This document shows, piece after piece, positions 46,358 through 58,161 of a stretch of DNA of 64,000 nt. Source of the stretch: Cyanidioschyzon merolae. Lineage: Eukaryota. A model generated the notes under the pieces. The model saw only the letters and a list, made by a program, of their open reading frames with translations, did no database searches and was not told the DNA's origin. How positions within the stretch are numbered: position 1 is the stretch's first letter; each line of letters starts with the position of its first letter. The DNA is taken from the NCBI GenBank assembly GCA_000091205.1, contig AP006498.2. One strand, written 5' to 3'. Position numbers and translations under genes: made by a program.

Positions 46358-47455
46358 ATGAGTTTCATTCGACTGACCACACGAGGGTCAGGCGCACAGC
46401 CTGCTGAACGCCTCGGTGCTGGGGTCACCATGGCTGCTACGGTTCACTGGCCCGTCACTCGTCTTGGCCTGCACCGGTGCCAAAGAGACAACCACGCTGT
46501 CTACGATGTGGCGCTGCCGCTGGGAACGGTTACCGCGCTCGTCGAAGATGAACCTGGCCTACACGCTCGGACGTTCCTAAGTGTTTTTATCGCAGAGGGA
46601 CTAGCGCACGAACACAGCCTGGGTTTGGTGCCGGGTGCACTCGTTGAAGGGGTGCCAGCGAGCCCGGTGGCGGGCCCTTCATCCAGCGCAGCAGCGAGCG
46701 CTTCCTCTGCGGCACCTGAAGCGGACTTGCGAATAGCCTGGCGGTACGCGAATAAAGTCGGGTCCGCTAGCAAGAGAAGAGCAGAGCGTGCCCGCCTCGA
46801 TCTGTCGCTCCAAGTTAACCCGCGAGAGCTTTTGCGAAGTTCGGCTGCGCTTCGATTGTACCAATCGCTGGAAGGGGCCCTGGAGTTCGCTGCAGCCCCT
46901 GCATCACAGCAGTGCCGACGACTGGCGCTACAGTCACCGCACCACTGGGTTTGCTCGCAAATGATAGGGGGTCTCAGTGAAGAGACGGCGTTGAGTCGCC
47001 TTTGGCGGTTCCTATATATCCTCCGACAGCGATGCCGCAAGTCTATGACGGTTGCGGTTATGACGCTGTCCCGTCAGTGGGCCTTGAATCCATCGTTGCT
47101 CCACCTGCTAGACGCTGTGATCGATGTCAATACGTTCGGAGGCAAGGGAGTTGCTGAGCTCGGGCTTGGCGCTTTCGATGGCCTCATTCATCCGTTGAAA
47201 ATGGCTGTGGTGCCGTCGTCGTTGAAACCGATGACTCCGTTCATTGTCGATGACCAGGAGAAATCACCGCTTGAAGTTGATTTGCTCGTGTTCAGGCGAA
47301 CACGGCGCGAACTAGTGGTCGAGCCTGCTCACGAGGCACCTGACTTGTCGATTCCGGGCACACGACCATCACATTCCAAAGCGAAGCAGATAGATGGAGT
47401 CGCTGATACATTGAAACAAATGCAGGATGCTGACGCTTTCGCAACGGATTGGTAA
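46358..47455 (+). CDS. Hypothetical protein (365-aa ORF, no recognised domain)
   Basis: Long uninterrupted ORF; Ala/Ser-rich stretch; could be genuine or GC-driven. Confidence 0.25.
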   Translation: MSFIRLTTRGSGAQPAERLGAGVTMAATVHWPVTRLGLHRCQRDNHAVYDVALPLGTVTALVEDEPGLHARTFLSVFIAEGLAHEHSLGLVPGALVEGVPASPVAGPSSSAAASASSAAPEADLRIAWRYANKVGSASKRRAERARLDLSLQVNPRELLRSSAALRLYQSLEGALEFAAAPASQQCRRLALQSPHHWVCSQMIGGLSEETALSRLWRFLYILRQRCRKSMTVAVMTLSRQWALNPSLLHLLDAVIDVNTFGGKGVAELGLGAFDGLIHPLKMAVVPSSLKPMTPFIVDDQEKSPLEVDLLVFRRTRRELVVEPAHEAPDLSIPGTRPSHSKAKQIDGVADTLKQMQDADAFATDW

Positions 47456-47814
47456 TCTCAAGATCCTGTAGAACGCTGGCGTTTCTCCAGCGCTGAGCCG
47501 AGCATTCCCAGATGCAAAACCGCGATACCTCGATCGGTAAAGGTGGCGCGCGTGGCCAGGCATCAGCGTTGGGCCAGATGGACGGCGGAAGCGTTCGTAC
47601 ATCTGTCCTCATCGGCTAGGCTGTGAGCGCATTTGAGCGAATCATGGAGGTTGTTTCCAGTGTCAGTATCTAGCGTACGCGAGCGCCGAGAGAACCGATG
47701 CTTCGTTCACTGTCTGGTGCTGAAAACTGTCGTGAACGCTTTTCGCTGCGTTGTGGTTCTTCATGCTTGTTGCTCATGTCATGGTTTTGACCAGATAAAA
47801 GGTCGGTATAGCGG

Positions 47815-47840
47815 TCGCCGCCGCCGCCGCCGCCGCCTCT
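47815..47840. repeat. (GCC)n microsatellite
   Basis: gtcgccgccgccgccgccgccgcctct. Confidence 0.7.
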
Positions 47841-48707
47841 GCAGCTGCTCGCGCCGCACTGGGGCTCTGTTCAGTGACACCGGCCCCGAGTAATTTACAG
47901 ACGACGCAGCCGGCTTGCTGGATATCACCGAGCATATGAAATTCGGCGTCGTTCGTGCCTCTGTAGCCGTACTGGGATACCCTGATCGTCGCTGGCCATA
48001 ACATCATGCTATCCGTCGATGCACTCAGCCAGTGAGTGAACCTGGCATGTGCATATCCCGCACCAGCGTCTCCGAAGAGACTTTCTTGAATCTCGAACGG
48101 AGGAACTCTAAATCATGGCACGTGCGCATGGACACGTCACAGCTCGAGACGCATTTGGATGCATGTGCGTGCGTCCGTGCATGCGTGCGTGTATCGACAG
48201 ATGGGTGCGAGTGCGCTTCTCGGATCTGATGCATGCACGCTGTGGGGCAGAGGATAGCGCGCCCGGGGGCACTTGTTTCATAGTACGATCCCACAGTCTA
48301 AAACATCCGTGCTGGGATGCAAATTGGCAACTGTCTGGCGTAGTGCGCGGTACTGGCAGTTTGCGGAATGTCTTGCTCGCGGCACCTGTCGCTGGATGCT
48401 GCATTAGCGGTCGGGTTGGGTAACAAGACACATACAGTGTACCGAGAGAGCTGTCCTGATCTCGATGAGATGGATGCTCCTCTGAGAACAAGGTGCAGGC
48501 CAGATATTCCACTTGAGAGTCATACCCGACAAGTTTGCTGCGCTCCACTGTCCTCGATTCATCTTCGTCCGGAAACCGGATTCATGTCAGATATTCCAAT
48601 AGCAAAGCATATCGAACGAGTTTACTGCTCATTTACGCATAGCTGATTTTATGATAGGGCCATTCCGCGTTGCTTTTCCGGACCAACCATGGGTGGAGCT
48701 GCCAAGC

Positions 48708-51536
48708 TTACTGTGGGCGCTGTCGATTGCTTTCCGTCACCATGGAGGCTATTTTTTGCAACCATTTTTGACTTTGTGCCAACTTCCCGGTAGATAAATG
48801 GAGGCGGAAGCGCCAGTAATGATTCGGATTCGCGGGCACGTTAATCTGTTCCTCTGAAGCGACTGGTCGACGCAACTTAGCGTCCATACCCAGCAAGTCT
48901 TGAAGCGGAAAAATCGCCAGAATGCTCGGTGCGTGCAAATGATCGCGGATCATCCATTCCACGGTTTCTGGGGTACACTCTGAGGGCGCTTCGTCTTCTC
49001 GCTTCATAACATTCTTCCAAAAGCGTTGACGCTTCTCCGAGGGGATCTCCTCCCACCAACCGCGCAGCGTGCTTGTATCATGTGAGCCTGGGGTCGCCAC
49101 GGTCAAATACGGGTACTTTGAGCAGTCTCCAAACTCAGCGTTTTCTGGCATTCGCTGCACCCGTAATCCGATGATACAGAGGCTTCCGAGCACTTCGAAA
49201 ACGCAGGATGGGAGCATTCCAAGGTCTTCGCCGCATACCAGCATATCGCTGGCCGCTTTCAACATCGGAAGTTTCTCCATGGCCTTGTCACGCCACAGCA
49301 CCTCCTGTCGCCGGAAAAAGTAGTCATCATAGAGTTGTCGCAGTTTGTGTTGCCAATCGCCGTTCAATTCCCAGTACGTGGGCGCACGCCAAAACTCTAT
49401 ACGCGGATGGAAGGCATCGTCGGGCTCGTCTAAGTCTCGGAGCAGAATTACATTGTTCACAAACCGGAAAAGCTCCAGTTTCAAGTATTCCGCGTCGATT
49501 CCTGACTGAGCGCAGAACTTGCTCACTTCCTCCTCTTTCGCGAAAAATGCTTCCAATCTGGCCTCGGTGCTGTATTTCGGTCGGAAACGATAGCGATTGT
49601 ACCACGGTTCAAAGAAGAAGTCACGAACAAAGCTCCACTTCTGATCTCCGAATACACGACGAAGTTGCGTCTCGCTAATATACGGTTCGCAGAGGCGTTC
49701 GATATCCCAGATACCGCGACTCTCTAGTTCACTACGCCGGATAGGATTTACCGGTCGAAAACGGCCACTAAGACCCGACATTGCCTCGCCAGGAATTTCC
49801 CAGATGCGAAAGAAACCGAGAATGTGGTCGATGCGATAGGCGTGGAAGACTTTTTCCATGGATCTCAAGCGGCCTCGCCACCAACGGTATCCATCAAGGG
49901 CCATACGCTCCCAGTTGTAGGTGGGAAATCCCCAGTTCTGGCCAAACTCGGCAAACTGATCCGGAGGTGCCCCAGTCTGGCGATCCAAGTAGAACTGATC
50001 TTGATTCATCCAAGCATCAACGCTGAAGCGATGCACGCCGATTGGGAGGTCGCCTTTCAGGATTACCCGATGCTTGGCGGCGTAGGCGCCCACACGGGCT
50101 AGTTGTCGATACAGATGGAACTGGATGTAGTAATGCAGCGCAAGCTCGTCGAAGAAGAACGTATCTGGTGACGCGAGTCCCTCAAGATCTGCCACCGTAA
50201 CTCGGCGACGAGCGCCCCACTGATCAAAATTTGCGGTTCCGTTCACTTTGGCCAGAAATCGGCTCGCTGCGTATGGCACTAACCATTCTTGATTTTCGTT
50301 GAAGAATTTCAGGAAAGCAGGGTCTCGAAGAATGCGCTGCTTATCATTGGCATACATACGTCGCAAAATCGCCATCTTTGTATTCATGACGGCCTCGTAG
50401 TCGATGGCCTCAAGCTGGTTCAATCGAGTGCGCGCCTCCTTAATTTCCCTACTGATTTCACTGGGTGGGTTGAGCTCGTCTAAATTCAGGTATAACGGGT
50501 GCAAAGCGTGCACCGAGAGGCAAGAGTAGGGATAGCTATCTCTCCAAGTGCCTGTCACTGATGTATCGTTGAGCGGGAGCAGCTGAATCAGTGACATCTT
50601 CATTTGCACAGCGAGATCGATCATTTGTTCAAGGTCCAGCAGCTCGCCTACTCCGCATGAGTTTTCGCTTAGGATCGAAAACACTGGGATTGCGAAACCT
50701 GCGAATCGAGCGCTCTTCTCGGGGTCATCTATCGCTCTATAGTCCGTGTAATGCACGGATACATCTTTCGGTGGTATCCTTAGATGCCGCTGATCATCTT
50801 TAGAGCTCGCAGTGGTGGAGCCATTCGCGCTGTTGCGAACGAAGAGCTCGTACTTAAGCATCTGTTCCTGGTTGCGATCCGGAAGAAGCTCATCTAACGG
50901 CATGACCAAGCTCCACAATGGAAAGCGATCCGCCGATAGGCGCTGTTCGATGCTTTTTTCGGTCCCGTCTTCAACAATCTTGCGAATGTTTGATGCGGCG
51001 GCGGTGGCGGCGTCAGACCTGTCAACAAAGAAACGAATGTAGACCTCTTCCGAAGGGCAAACCCGAACCTGCAGTGTCTGAAAAAGGAGCAAGTCGCGCC
51101 CGCTCCCTGGTGCGGGGCCTCTCTTCGATTTTCCATCCGTCGCGTCGTTCTGCGACGCTGCGGCAACATGGCGACCGTAGATCACGTCACGAAACGCAGT
51201 GGTATGGAACACCTCCTCCTCAACGTTCGGCTCCTGTCGAAACGGGCCATCATCACATACGAGTACCTGCACATCTTTAGGCAAGATCAACGTTCTTGGC
51301 TTTCCACGTTCCCATGAGATCTTCCCTGTTGTACCGTCTTTCACGAAGTAGCGGTATTGCAGCGTTGTTCCCATAGCGAAGTCGTCAAGCTCGATCTCCC
51401 ACGCTGTCGGGGTGTACCGCAACTTTTTCGAACCATCTGCCCTATGATTTCCAAGCTGATCTCCAGATCCACTAATAAAGACATCTTGGCCCGGCACAGA
51501 AGCGAACTGAACTCGAAAAATAAGCTTCATATTCAA
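48708..51536 (-). CDS. DPE2: 4-alpha-glucanotransferase DPE2-type (GH77 amylomaltase) with N-terminal CBM20 starch-binding module(s)
   Basis: 942 aa. CBM20: LIFRVQFASVPGQDVFISGSGDQLGNH...TLQYRYFVKDG...ISWERG. GH77: FAIPVFSILSENSCGVGEL, AYRIDHILGFFRIWEIP, GVHRFSVDAWMNQDQFY, GQNWGFPTYNW, LVCGEDLGMLP. Confidence 0.85.
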   Translation of the reverse strand: MNMKLIFRVQFASVPGQDVFISGSGDQLGNHRADGSKKLRYTPTAWEIELDDFAMGTTLQYRYFVKDGTTGKISWERGKPRTLILPKDVQVLVCDDGPFRQEPNVEEEVFHTTAFRDVIYGRHVAAASQNDATDGKSKRGPAPGSGRDLLLFQTLQVRVCPSEEVYIRFFVDRSDAATAAASNIRKIVEDGTEKSIEQRLSADRFPLWSLVMPLDELLPDRNQEQMLKYELFVRNSANGSTTASSKDDQRHLRIPPKDVSVHYTDYRAIDDPEKSARFAGFAIPVFSILSENSCGVGELLDLEQMIDLAVQMKMSLIQLLPLNDTSVTGTWRDSYPYSCLSVHALHPLYLNLDELNPPSEISREIKEARTRLNQLEAIDYEAVMNTKMAILRRMYANDKQRILRDPAFLKFFNENQEWLVPYAASRFLAKVNGTANFDQWGARRRVTVADLEGLASPDTFFFDELALHYYIQFHLYRQLARVGAYAAKHRVILKGDLPIGVHRFSVDAWMNQDQFYLDRQTGAPPDQFAEFGQNWGFPTYNWERMALDGYRWWRGRLRSMEKVFHAYRIDHILGFFRIWEIPGEAMSGLSGRFRPVNPIRRSELESRGIWDIERLCEPYISETQLRRVFGDQKWSFVRDFFFEPWYNRYRFRPKYSTEARLEAFFAKEEEVSKFCAQSGIDAEYLKLELFRFVNNVILLRDLDEPDDAFHPRIEFWRAPTYWELNGDWQHKLRQLYDDYFFRRQEVLWRDKAMEKLPMLKAASDMLVCGEDLGMLPSCVFEVLGSLCIIGLRVQRMPENAEFGDCSKYPYLTVATPGSHDTSTLRGWWEEIPSEKRQRFWKNVMKREDEAPSECTPETVEWMIRDHLHAPSILAIFPLQDLLGMDAKLRRPVASEEQINVPANPNHYWRFRLHLSTGKLAQSQKWLQKIASMVTESNRQRPQ

Positions 51537-52620
51537 GGTGTCTGAGTCTGAGTTGGCTAATAGCGCACACCTGCATATGCACCTGTTGCACGATGCGCCA
51601 TCGCGCTCGCCATCGCGCTCGCCATCGCCATTTGATCTAATCTCGCCGTTTCACTGGTGCCGGAATCGATCGGATCCACACAGCGTCTTGCCAGGTGATG
51701 CGTGCGCAGGCGGACACCTGGCAGACGCTTGATGAACGGCACTGCGTTTACGGCCTGACGAACGCTTTTGTTGCGGATCCCGTCGATGGATGCTGAGTCC
51801 TGGGCTGGCGGAATCAGCGTGTACCTCAAGGAAGCTGTTTCGTCCATATAAACGAGCGACTGCGTTCGCTGGTGCCACATCTCGTTCAGCTGCTTGATCA
51901 AGGCGGTCGAAGGTTATAGAGGCAAACCAGACGACGGTACTCAAGTATCAGGCATACGCCGCCTCTTGCAAAGCGTTGCCCGTTCTATACATGGAGCTGA
52001 TGATGCTTCAACACCCAGTACCCCCTGTTTCGTGAATGAGGCCTTTCGTACGGCCTAAAATGCTCTACTGGGTTACATCAATGGCGAAGGGTTTGGTGCA
52101 AGAAGTCTATTGTGCCAATAGTGCAGGGCGGAGTTGCAACAATATGCGGACTCGTTGGCGCACTAAATTGTGGCATCTCATGCAATATGCTGCTGCCTCA
52201 ATTCCGGACAGCGACGGCCGCGCGGACTCTTTGGATTTTCTTAAAACCCATCGCAAAAGTACCATGTATGTGAGACATGAGAATCGTTAAGTCATGTCCA
52301 AAACAGGGCCTACGGAGCGATTTCGCGCGCTATCGGCATTGTGAACCATGAAGCGACACTCGGCATTCGATGGTGTTTTTACGGTTTCAAATCGATGCTT
52401 CGAACTGTCTCCAAGCAGCGGAAGCTTGCTTGTTGTAGAAAATCGACGCACATAGCTGGACTCTCGTCCAAACCATTTGTCTGCAGTACTGAATCCTTGC
52501 TCCATACCAGATTCACGTTTCGAACGAACGCATCAACCAACATCGATGCATCAAACCGAGTTTGCAAAGCGAGCACAGAAGCACTGGGACAAAAGCGCAG
52601 TGCGCCGCTATCGAAAAAAG

Positions 52621-52651
<31 letters not shown>

Positions 52652-52652
52652 G
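52621..52652. repeat. (GCC)n microsatellite
   Basis: gccgccgccgccgccgccgccgccgcg. Confidence 0.7.
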
Positions 52653-54996
52653 ACCGCTGCAGCAGAAGATGGGATAGACGTGCAAGCGTCTTTCGGGACG
52701 TTGCCCTTTGTTCCTCGTGGCGAAGAGCGGTACAGTGCTGGCGAAGCGTGGAAGTGTCTGCTTGAGTAACGAGGTCTCTCTTCTGTAATGAGAAGCCCTT
52801 GAGCACCTAGGGAAAACTGTTTGGTCCCACGGTTCTTATACCAAAACGCCGACGAGGTTTCCCGTCTACCATGGAGCGCCTTGTAGCCTCAGAGCAAGCA
52901 CCGTTATGTGCACGGGATCAGGCACCGGATCCGTGCAGCGAAGACTTGATCTGGCTAGGATAACTGTACCGCATCGTTGCGTCTCCAATTGCCACGGAAT
53001 CGGTTTCAGAATAGGGGAACTAGTTTCACTGGGCTCTGCACACGGTGCCCTGTGCTGCTTCGGTCGAGTGAGGTCACGGGTAGACTCAGAACGGCGCACC
53101 GGAAGTGATGAGCTACGAGTTATTGGTAAAGGCGGTTAGCTCCGTCCCTTTGTCTGGAATGAACCCTCCAGAGTCAGGATGTTGTAGCCATGCCGCAAAC
53201 CTCTGTTGGAGCTGGGCTGATCCGTGCGTCTTCTTTGGCTCTGATCGGCGCACTCGTAAGTCTATCTCAGGAATAGCGCACGAAGCATACGAGCAGCAAA
53301 CTCTGCGAAGCGTCAGCGACGATATACGCAGTTGGCAGTGGGACCGTGTCTCCGTGGGAGTGCAACCATGCAGCGCGAGTGCAGACAATCACTGTTTCGA
53401 TTCATCTTTTGTGGTATCAGGTCAAGGAATCTAAGCTGAATCCTGCCGGACGTGCGATTCCTGGCGGCAACCAGCAGAGAATTCACTGTTCCTCAACGGG
53501 CGCTTCTACGTTTCACCTGCATTAAACCAGTCTCGCTGTCAGGCCTAGTTGTTCAATCAGCCCAGCGTCGTTTAAATGTGTCGAGCTTATCTCAGACGCA
53601 TGCAGCGTCGCTGGACGCGCCGGCGCTACCGTTGCCGCGGTCATGATATCGAGTCAGAAGGTATCTGCAGTGACTTGATGGGCCACGGCTCGAGGCGTTG
53701 ATTGTCGAACTCGAAGATAGGACGCTTACTGCGCCTGGGCCCCGGCGCCTCGTACAGGTAAAACTTTAGGTAGACCTGCATGCTTGAAATAACCTCTTGG
53801 GAACCTACAACCTGCAGGGCGAATTCTGAGCGCTATCCGCGCTTCTGAACCGTCTTTGAAGAGCTGTGCGTCACGCGAGCTGTGCGGGCATCGCCTCGAC
53901 CTCCATCGACATGGGCATGTGGAGCACTGGCCCGTGGAGCACGTTCGATTCGCACACCTTTGCGCTTAGAAAGTAAGCTAGTCTCTCGCATGTAAAAGTC
54001 TTCGTCAATTCCGCTTACTGTAGTAGCATGGAAAAGAGCCTCTTCATTGCTCTTCCTGTGCACATCTGTTGTTTGAGTTCCAGCGACGACTTTCTCAAAT
54101 GCCCTCACTCCTCCTCAGAGGAGACAACGATGCAAAGATGGAGTTTCGGACAAGAACGTTCTCCGCTGTGGCCAGCACCCTACCTGCGCTGAGAATAACT
54201 TCATCTGCATTGTAATTCTCTACTTGGTGATACGTCTTCCTCGCATGATCACGCCATGCGCTCGCTGATTAGGTGATTTTCCGGGACCATCGTGCGTCAA
54301 CTTCCGAGCATCCGAAAGGTTCTGCGGAGGTCCGTCGACCCTCAAGCTTCGCAAAACGCAGTTGCCTGCCAGCATTCACGTTGTCAGATGTGTACGGCAC
54401 GTGCCGGGCATCTACGCAGTCCCACTTTGATTACATGAATCGCTCGGGTGCAGCGCTGCTTCTCTTTGGTTTGTGGCGAAATCTGTGCTCTCATTTTTAG
54501 CAACAAAAGGATTCCAAGCCAAGTACCTGTCCGGTGCTATGGCAGAGGCGGCCATACTCGCGAGTGCACAGCTCGGGACATCGCAGCGGCGTTATCGTCG
54601 CTACTACAGCTATTTATCGCGTCAGGTCAATCATGCTGCTAATGATCATGTTGGTCAGCGGCATCGCCAATAGCGCATGAGTATGGGCGAATGAAAGATC
54701 GTCCAACGTTCGTAGCGCGTTTGCCGTACACGCCAGAGCATCGCACATGGGACCTCAGGAGACGTAAAACCCGAGAGGTAACCCAGAGCCGAGCGGGCTC
54801 GATTGTGCAGGCACATCGGACACATTGTAGATCACTTGTCCAACAAGGGAATCATCCTGAGCGCTGCTGACAGAGCCTGCCGGTATCCACGCCATCTCGT
54901 GCTCCAGGTGGAGCACACGACGCCGCTCGCGTGCTCGCGCTTCCTTCCGACCAGCGATCTTGGTCGAATCTCGGAAGATGCTCCTCTTGGGATTCA

Positions 54997-56805
54997 CTAA
55001 AATACACGCTCGCCAGTCCCAAACGCGTTGTACACCACTGTGCCAAGCAGATAGAAGAAAATTGCCGTGTAAAATACAATGGACCAGGTTCCAGCCGTCA
55101 CGTCGAGGATCCATCCGGTGAGCGCCACACCTACGATCCCAGGTACAGTGGCCAGCGTATTGCTCATGCCGAGCAGGATCCCCGCATACTGCGGCCCAAT
55201 ATCGCCATGGTTACTGTAGATTCCCGACTGCGAGAACGATGCCAGTCCAAGCGCAGCAGCCATGTAGATGACAGCGCTGTACGGATCCTGAGTCGATGAC
55301 ACGAGCGCTAGGAACGAGGCTGGTCCCAAGAAACCGATCGTCTGCATCATTTTGCGCACGGCGGTTGTTGTGAATTTCCTCGTGCTCAGCAGATAGTCAG
55401 CAATCCACCCGCTTACGTTGGCTCCGACAAACATCGTCAGCCATGGCAGAATACTGAAGAACGCTGATGCATTCAGGTCAAAACCAAGTGCCTGATTAAA
55501 GTAGGTAGGAAGCCACGCCAAAAGCAAAAAATATCCCCAGGTACAGCAAAAGTGGCCGATCATAATTGCCCAGGTAGCCGGATGACTCAACAATAACTTC
55601 CAAGGAACGCGAGCCCGAGCGGGTACAGTTGTTGGAACCGTCTCTTTGTTTCGGCGACGTCCGAGCTGTTTCCGAAGATACTCTAACTCCTGTGGATCGA
55701 TGATCTTACTTTCCTTCGGTGATGATCCACTGGTAAAGCGTTCCCACAAAAAATACCAGACAAATCCGAGTGCCCCGAACACGTAGAAGACACTCTGCCA
55801 ACCAAGGTTTCGCATCAACAGCGGGCAGAGCAGCAGCCCGATCACACTTCCCATGTACATGCCGCTGTAAATGAGACTGAGCGCTCGAGAGCGCTCCTGA
55901 TTCGGAACCCAGCGCGATACGAGGTTATTCATCGCCGGCATGGCGACACCCTCACCGACGCCGAGCAGCGCTCTGGCGCCCAGCAGGATCGGTAAGCTGG
56001 ACCTTGCCGCCATGGGCGTCACAAAGGTCATGAGACTCCAAGAGACGACCCCAAATGCAAGCACACTGCGCCCGCCGTAGCGATCGGCGAGGTATCCTCC
56101 TGGCAACTGAGTCAGTAGATAGCCCCAGAAAAAGGCCGACTGGATAATGCCAACAGTGGTTGATGACCAACCGAACTCGTGTCGCATAGGCAGGATCGCG
56201 ACAGATAGGTTGATTCGATCGATGTTGTTGATCAGAAACGCAAGAAAGCAGAGCACAACAATGCGCAGGCGCTCAGGAAAGCGCCTTTTCTGTACAAACT
56301 GGAGCCAAGAGGCCATCGAGTTTGCGGACGCTTCCTGCTCCGGGGCGTGTTGTCCCACATGGTTGTTCCCAGCGTTGTCGCCAGAGGCACTGTCTATCTC
56401 CACAGAAATGTCCTGATCAGACTCTGCCTCGCGATGCATAGAAACACGACTGCGGAACCTACGGAAACCAGATGCTCGCCAGTAGCGTGAACTAGGTGCG
56501 TACGAAGGTGATCGCTGTCTCCTGTCAATCAAGTGCGTTCCTCCTGGATGCCCGCCACTCTTATCCCAGAAACGTAACCTCGCATCCCCAAAGAAACCCG
56601 ATCGACGACAATGCAGGCCAGAACCCTGGAGAAGCCTAGCACTACTCTGCAAATGTTGCGTTTGCGAACGAAACAGCGCAGTGCACTTTGCCAAAGGCAC
56701 CAGCTTTTGTCCACGCCAGCAGTATGATTTTCCAGGGAAAGTAGCTCTTCCAGAAACTGTAGTGCTAGAAGCAAAGCCTGCTTCTAGTCGTGATTGTCGT
56801 AGCAT
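54997..56805 (-). CDS. PHT4: MFS anion/phosphate transporter of the SLC17 / PHT4;1 (ANTR1)-type, with long N-terminal presequence
   Basis: 602 aa; near-collinear match to plant PHT4;1: RLRIVVLCFLAFLINNIDRINLSVAILPM, FFWGYLLTQLPGGYLADRYGGRSVLAFGVV, LGVGEGVAMPAMNNLVSRWVPNQERSRALSLIYSGMYMGSV, QTIGFLGPA, SQSGIYSNHGDIGPQYAGILLGMSNT. Confidence 0.85.
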   Translation of the reverse strand: MLRQSRLEAGFASSTTVSGRATFPGKSYCWRGQKLVPLAKCTALFRSQTQHLQSSARLLQGSGLHCRRSGFFGDARLRFWDKSGGHPGGTHLIDRRQRSPSYAPSSRYWRASGFRRFRSRVSMHREAESDQDISVEIDSASGDNAGNNHVGQHAPEQEASANSMASWLQFVQKRRFPERLRIVVLCFLAFLINNIDRINLSVAILPMRHEFGWSSTTVGIIQSAFFWGYLLTQLPGGYLADRYGGRSVLAFGVVSWSLMTFVTPMAARSSLPILLGARALLGVGEGVAMPAMNNLVSRWVPNQERSRALSLIYSGMYMGSVIGLLLCPLLMRNLGWQSVFYVFGALGFVWYFLWERFTSGSSPKESKIIDPQELEYLRKQLGRRRNKETVPTTVPARARVPWKLLLSHPATWAIMIGHFCCTWGYFLLLAWLPTYFNQALGFDLNASAFFSILPWLTMFVGANVSGWIADYLLSTRKFTTTAVRKMMQTIGFLGPASFLALVSSTQDPYSAVIYMAAALGLASFSQSGIYSNHGDIGPQYAGILLGMSNTLATVPGIVGVALTGWILDVTAGTWSIVFYTAIFFYLLGTVVYNAFGTGERVF

Positions 56806-58161
56806 TCACTGGTCGTACGAGGAGTCGAACAGAACACCCGGAAGCTTTTGCACCCAGACGGTGACGCCGCTCTAGCGGCATCCGTGAATCGGCGCTAGCG
56901 CTACCGACGATTCTCTATCACTGACTTGTGGATGAGCAAGCCGCCTCCCTAGCTTGGCCACAGTGCTTTGAAGAGGGGTTAACCGTCGCTCCGACACCAG
57001 AGGATTAACAGAGTAACCGTCCAGTTTCCAGCGTTCGTCAGATAGGTAGATACTGAGTTTGGCAGTCTGCACGCTTCCCGTTGCGAGCGTTTTCGCTCCC
57101 TTGCAGAACTCGGCAAGAGGAAGTTGCGGAGCGCTTTTTACTGCGAGCTTTTGCGGTAGCTGCACGACGTTTACCTCTGGGAGGGTTGCAAGTACAGGAA
57201 CAGCCTCCTATATTTGGGCAAGGTTCCCGAGCGGCGTTGCGAACGGCTCGCGGTTACGGGCCAGTTTGCAGATAGTAGAACGAGGCGCGCTGCGGTGACC
57301 AAGCGCAACCGCGTTTAGTAGCCCGTGTTTGCCTGTCCAGGAGAAGGTGGCGTGCGTTTCACTTCGCGAGAGGACCAACGCAACTTGGTACGAAGGATCT
57401 AGTCAGGAACCTTGTAAAAGTTCAGGGGCGTCAATCAGGTGCGCTCTGTATCAAGGTGTATGCATTCCTGTATACAGCGCATGATGCCGCGATACGATTT
57501 CACGGAAGCGGCAGCGGGGCTCCCGCGCTGGCTGCTCCTGCCTCACAGGGCAAGGCGCAGTGCAGGTAAGGCCCTTGGTGCGCGAACTAGCAAGTATGCC
57601 TGCACTAGGAGAAGCCTGGAGAGCGTTTTTGATAGTGCGCACGCTCCTGACGCTGCAATGGGCGACGCTGGTGGCGACAGCGCCACCAGCGCTAGTAACT
57701 GCTACGCTTCGGCGCCAGGAATGCGCCGCGTTCGCGCCAGCTGTTTCGTGCTGGACAAGATCGACACGCTACGGCCTCGAAGTGCTGTGGCTATTGCCGC
57801 ACTGCTTTGCCCTATGAGAATGTTTGCCGGGGCGGTTTCAAGGAATGCAGGACGTATCGCGGGCGGGAATGGCTGTACGCCCGCCAGAGGTTTGGAGTCT
57901 GCAGCCTTCGAAGGCTTGCCCCAGGAAGGGTCGAATGCGGCGCACGACGTTTCTCTTGACGGGCACACCTGCTCCTCCCAGATCAGTGGTAGAAATGCGA
58001 ATGGGCGTGCTAGACTCGAGCGTGTTGGTCGAACGCCGCGCGGTGGCATCCTGGATTTGTTGCGATCTGAGACAGTTCGTCTACATGACTGGAAAGCATG
58101 GACTCTGCCTTGCAAGCAGCGACAATATGGACCGCGCCCGTTGTCGAGACTAGCCCGAGCG

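Noticed and set aside
54473-54673. Sequence resembling a 5S-like 'ggccatac' start near 54555
   Set aside because: Only an 8-mer matches. The rest does not follow the 5S rRNA consensus.
57439-58161. N-terminal 240 aa of the 486-aa ORF as part of HscB
   Set aside because: It has no similarity to HscB or other domains. The conserved protein starts at the zinc finger. Treated as a probable spurious extension, though flagged as a low-interest finding.
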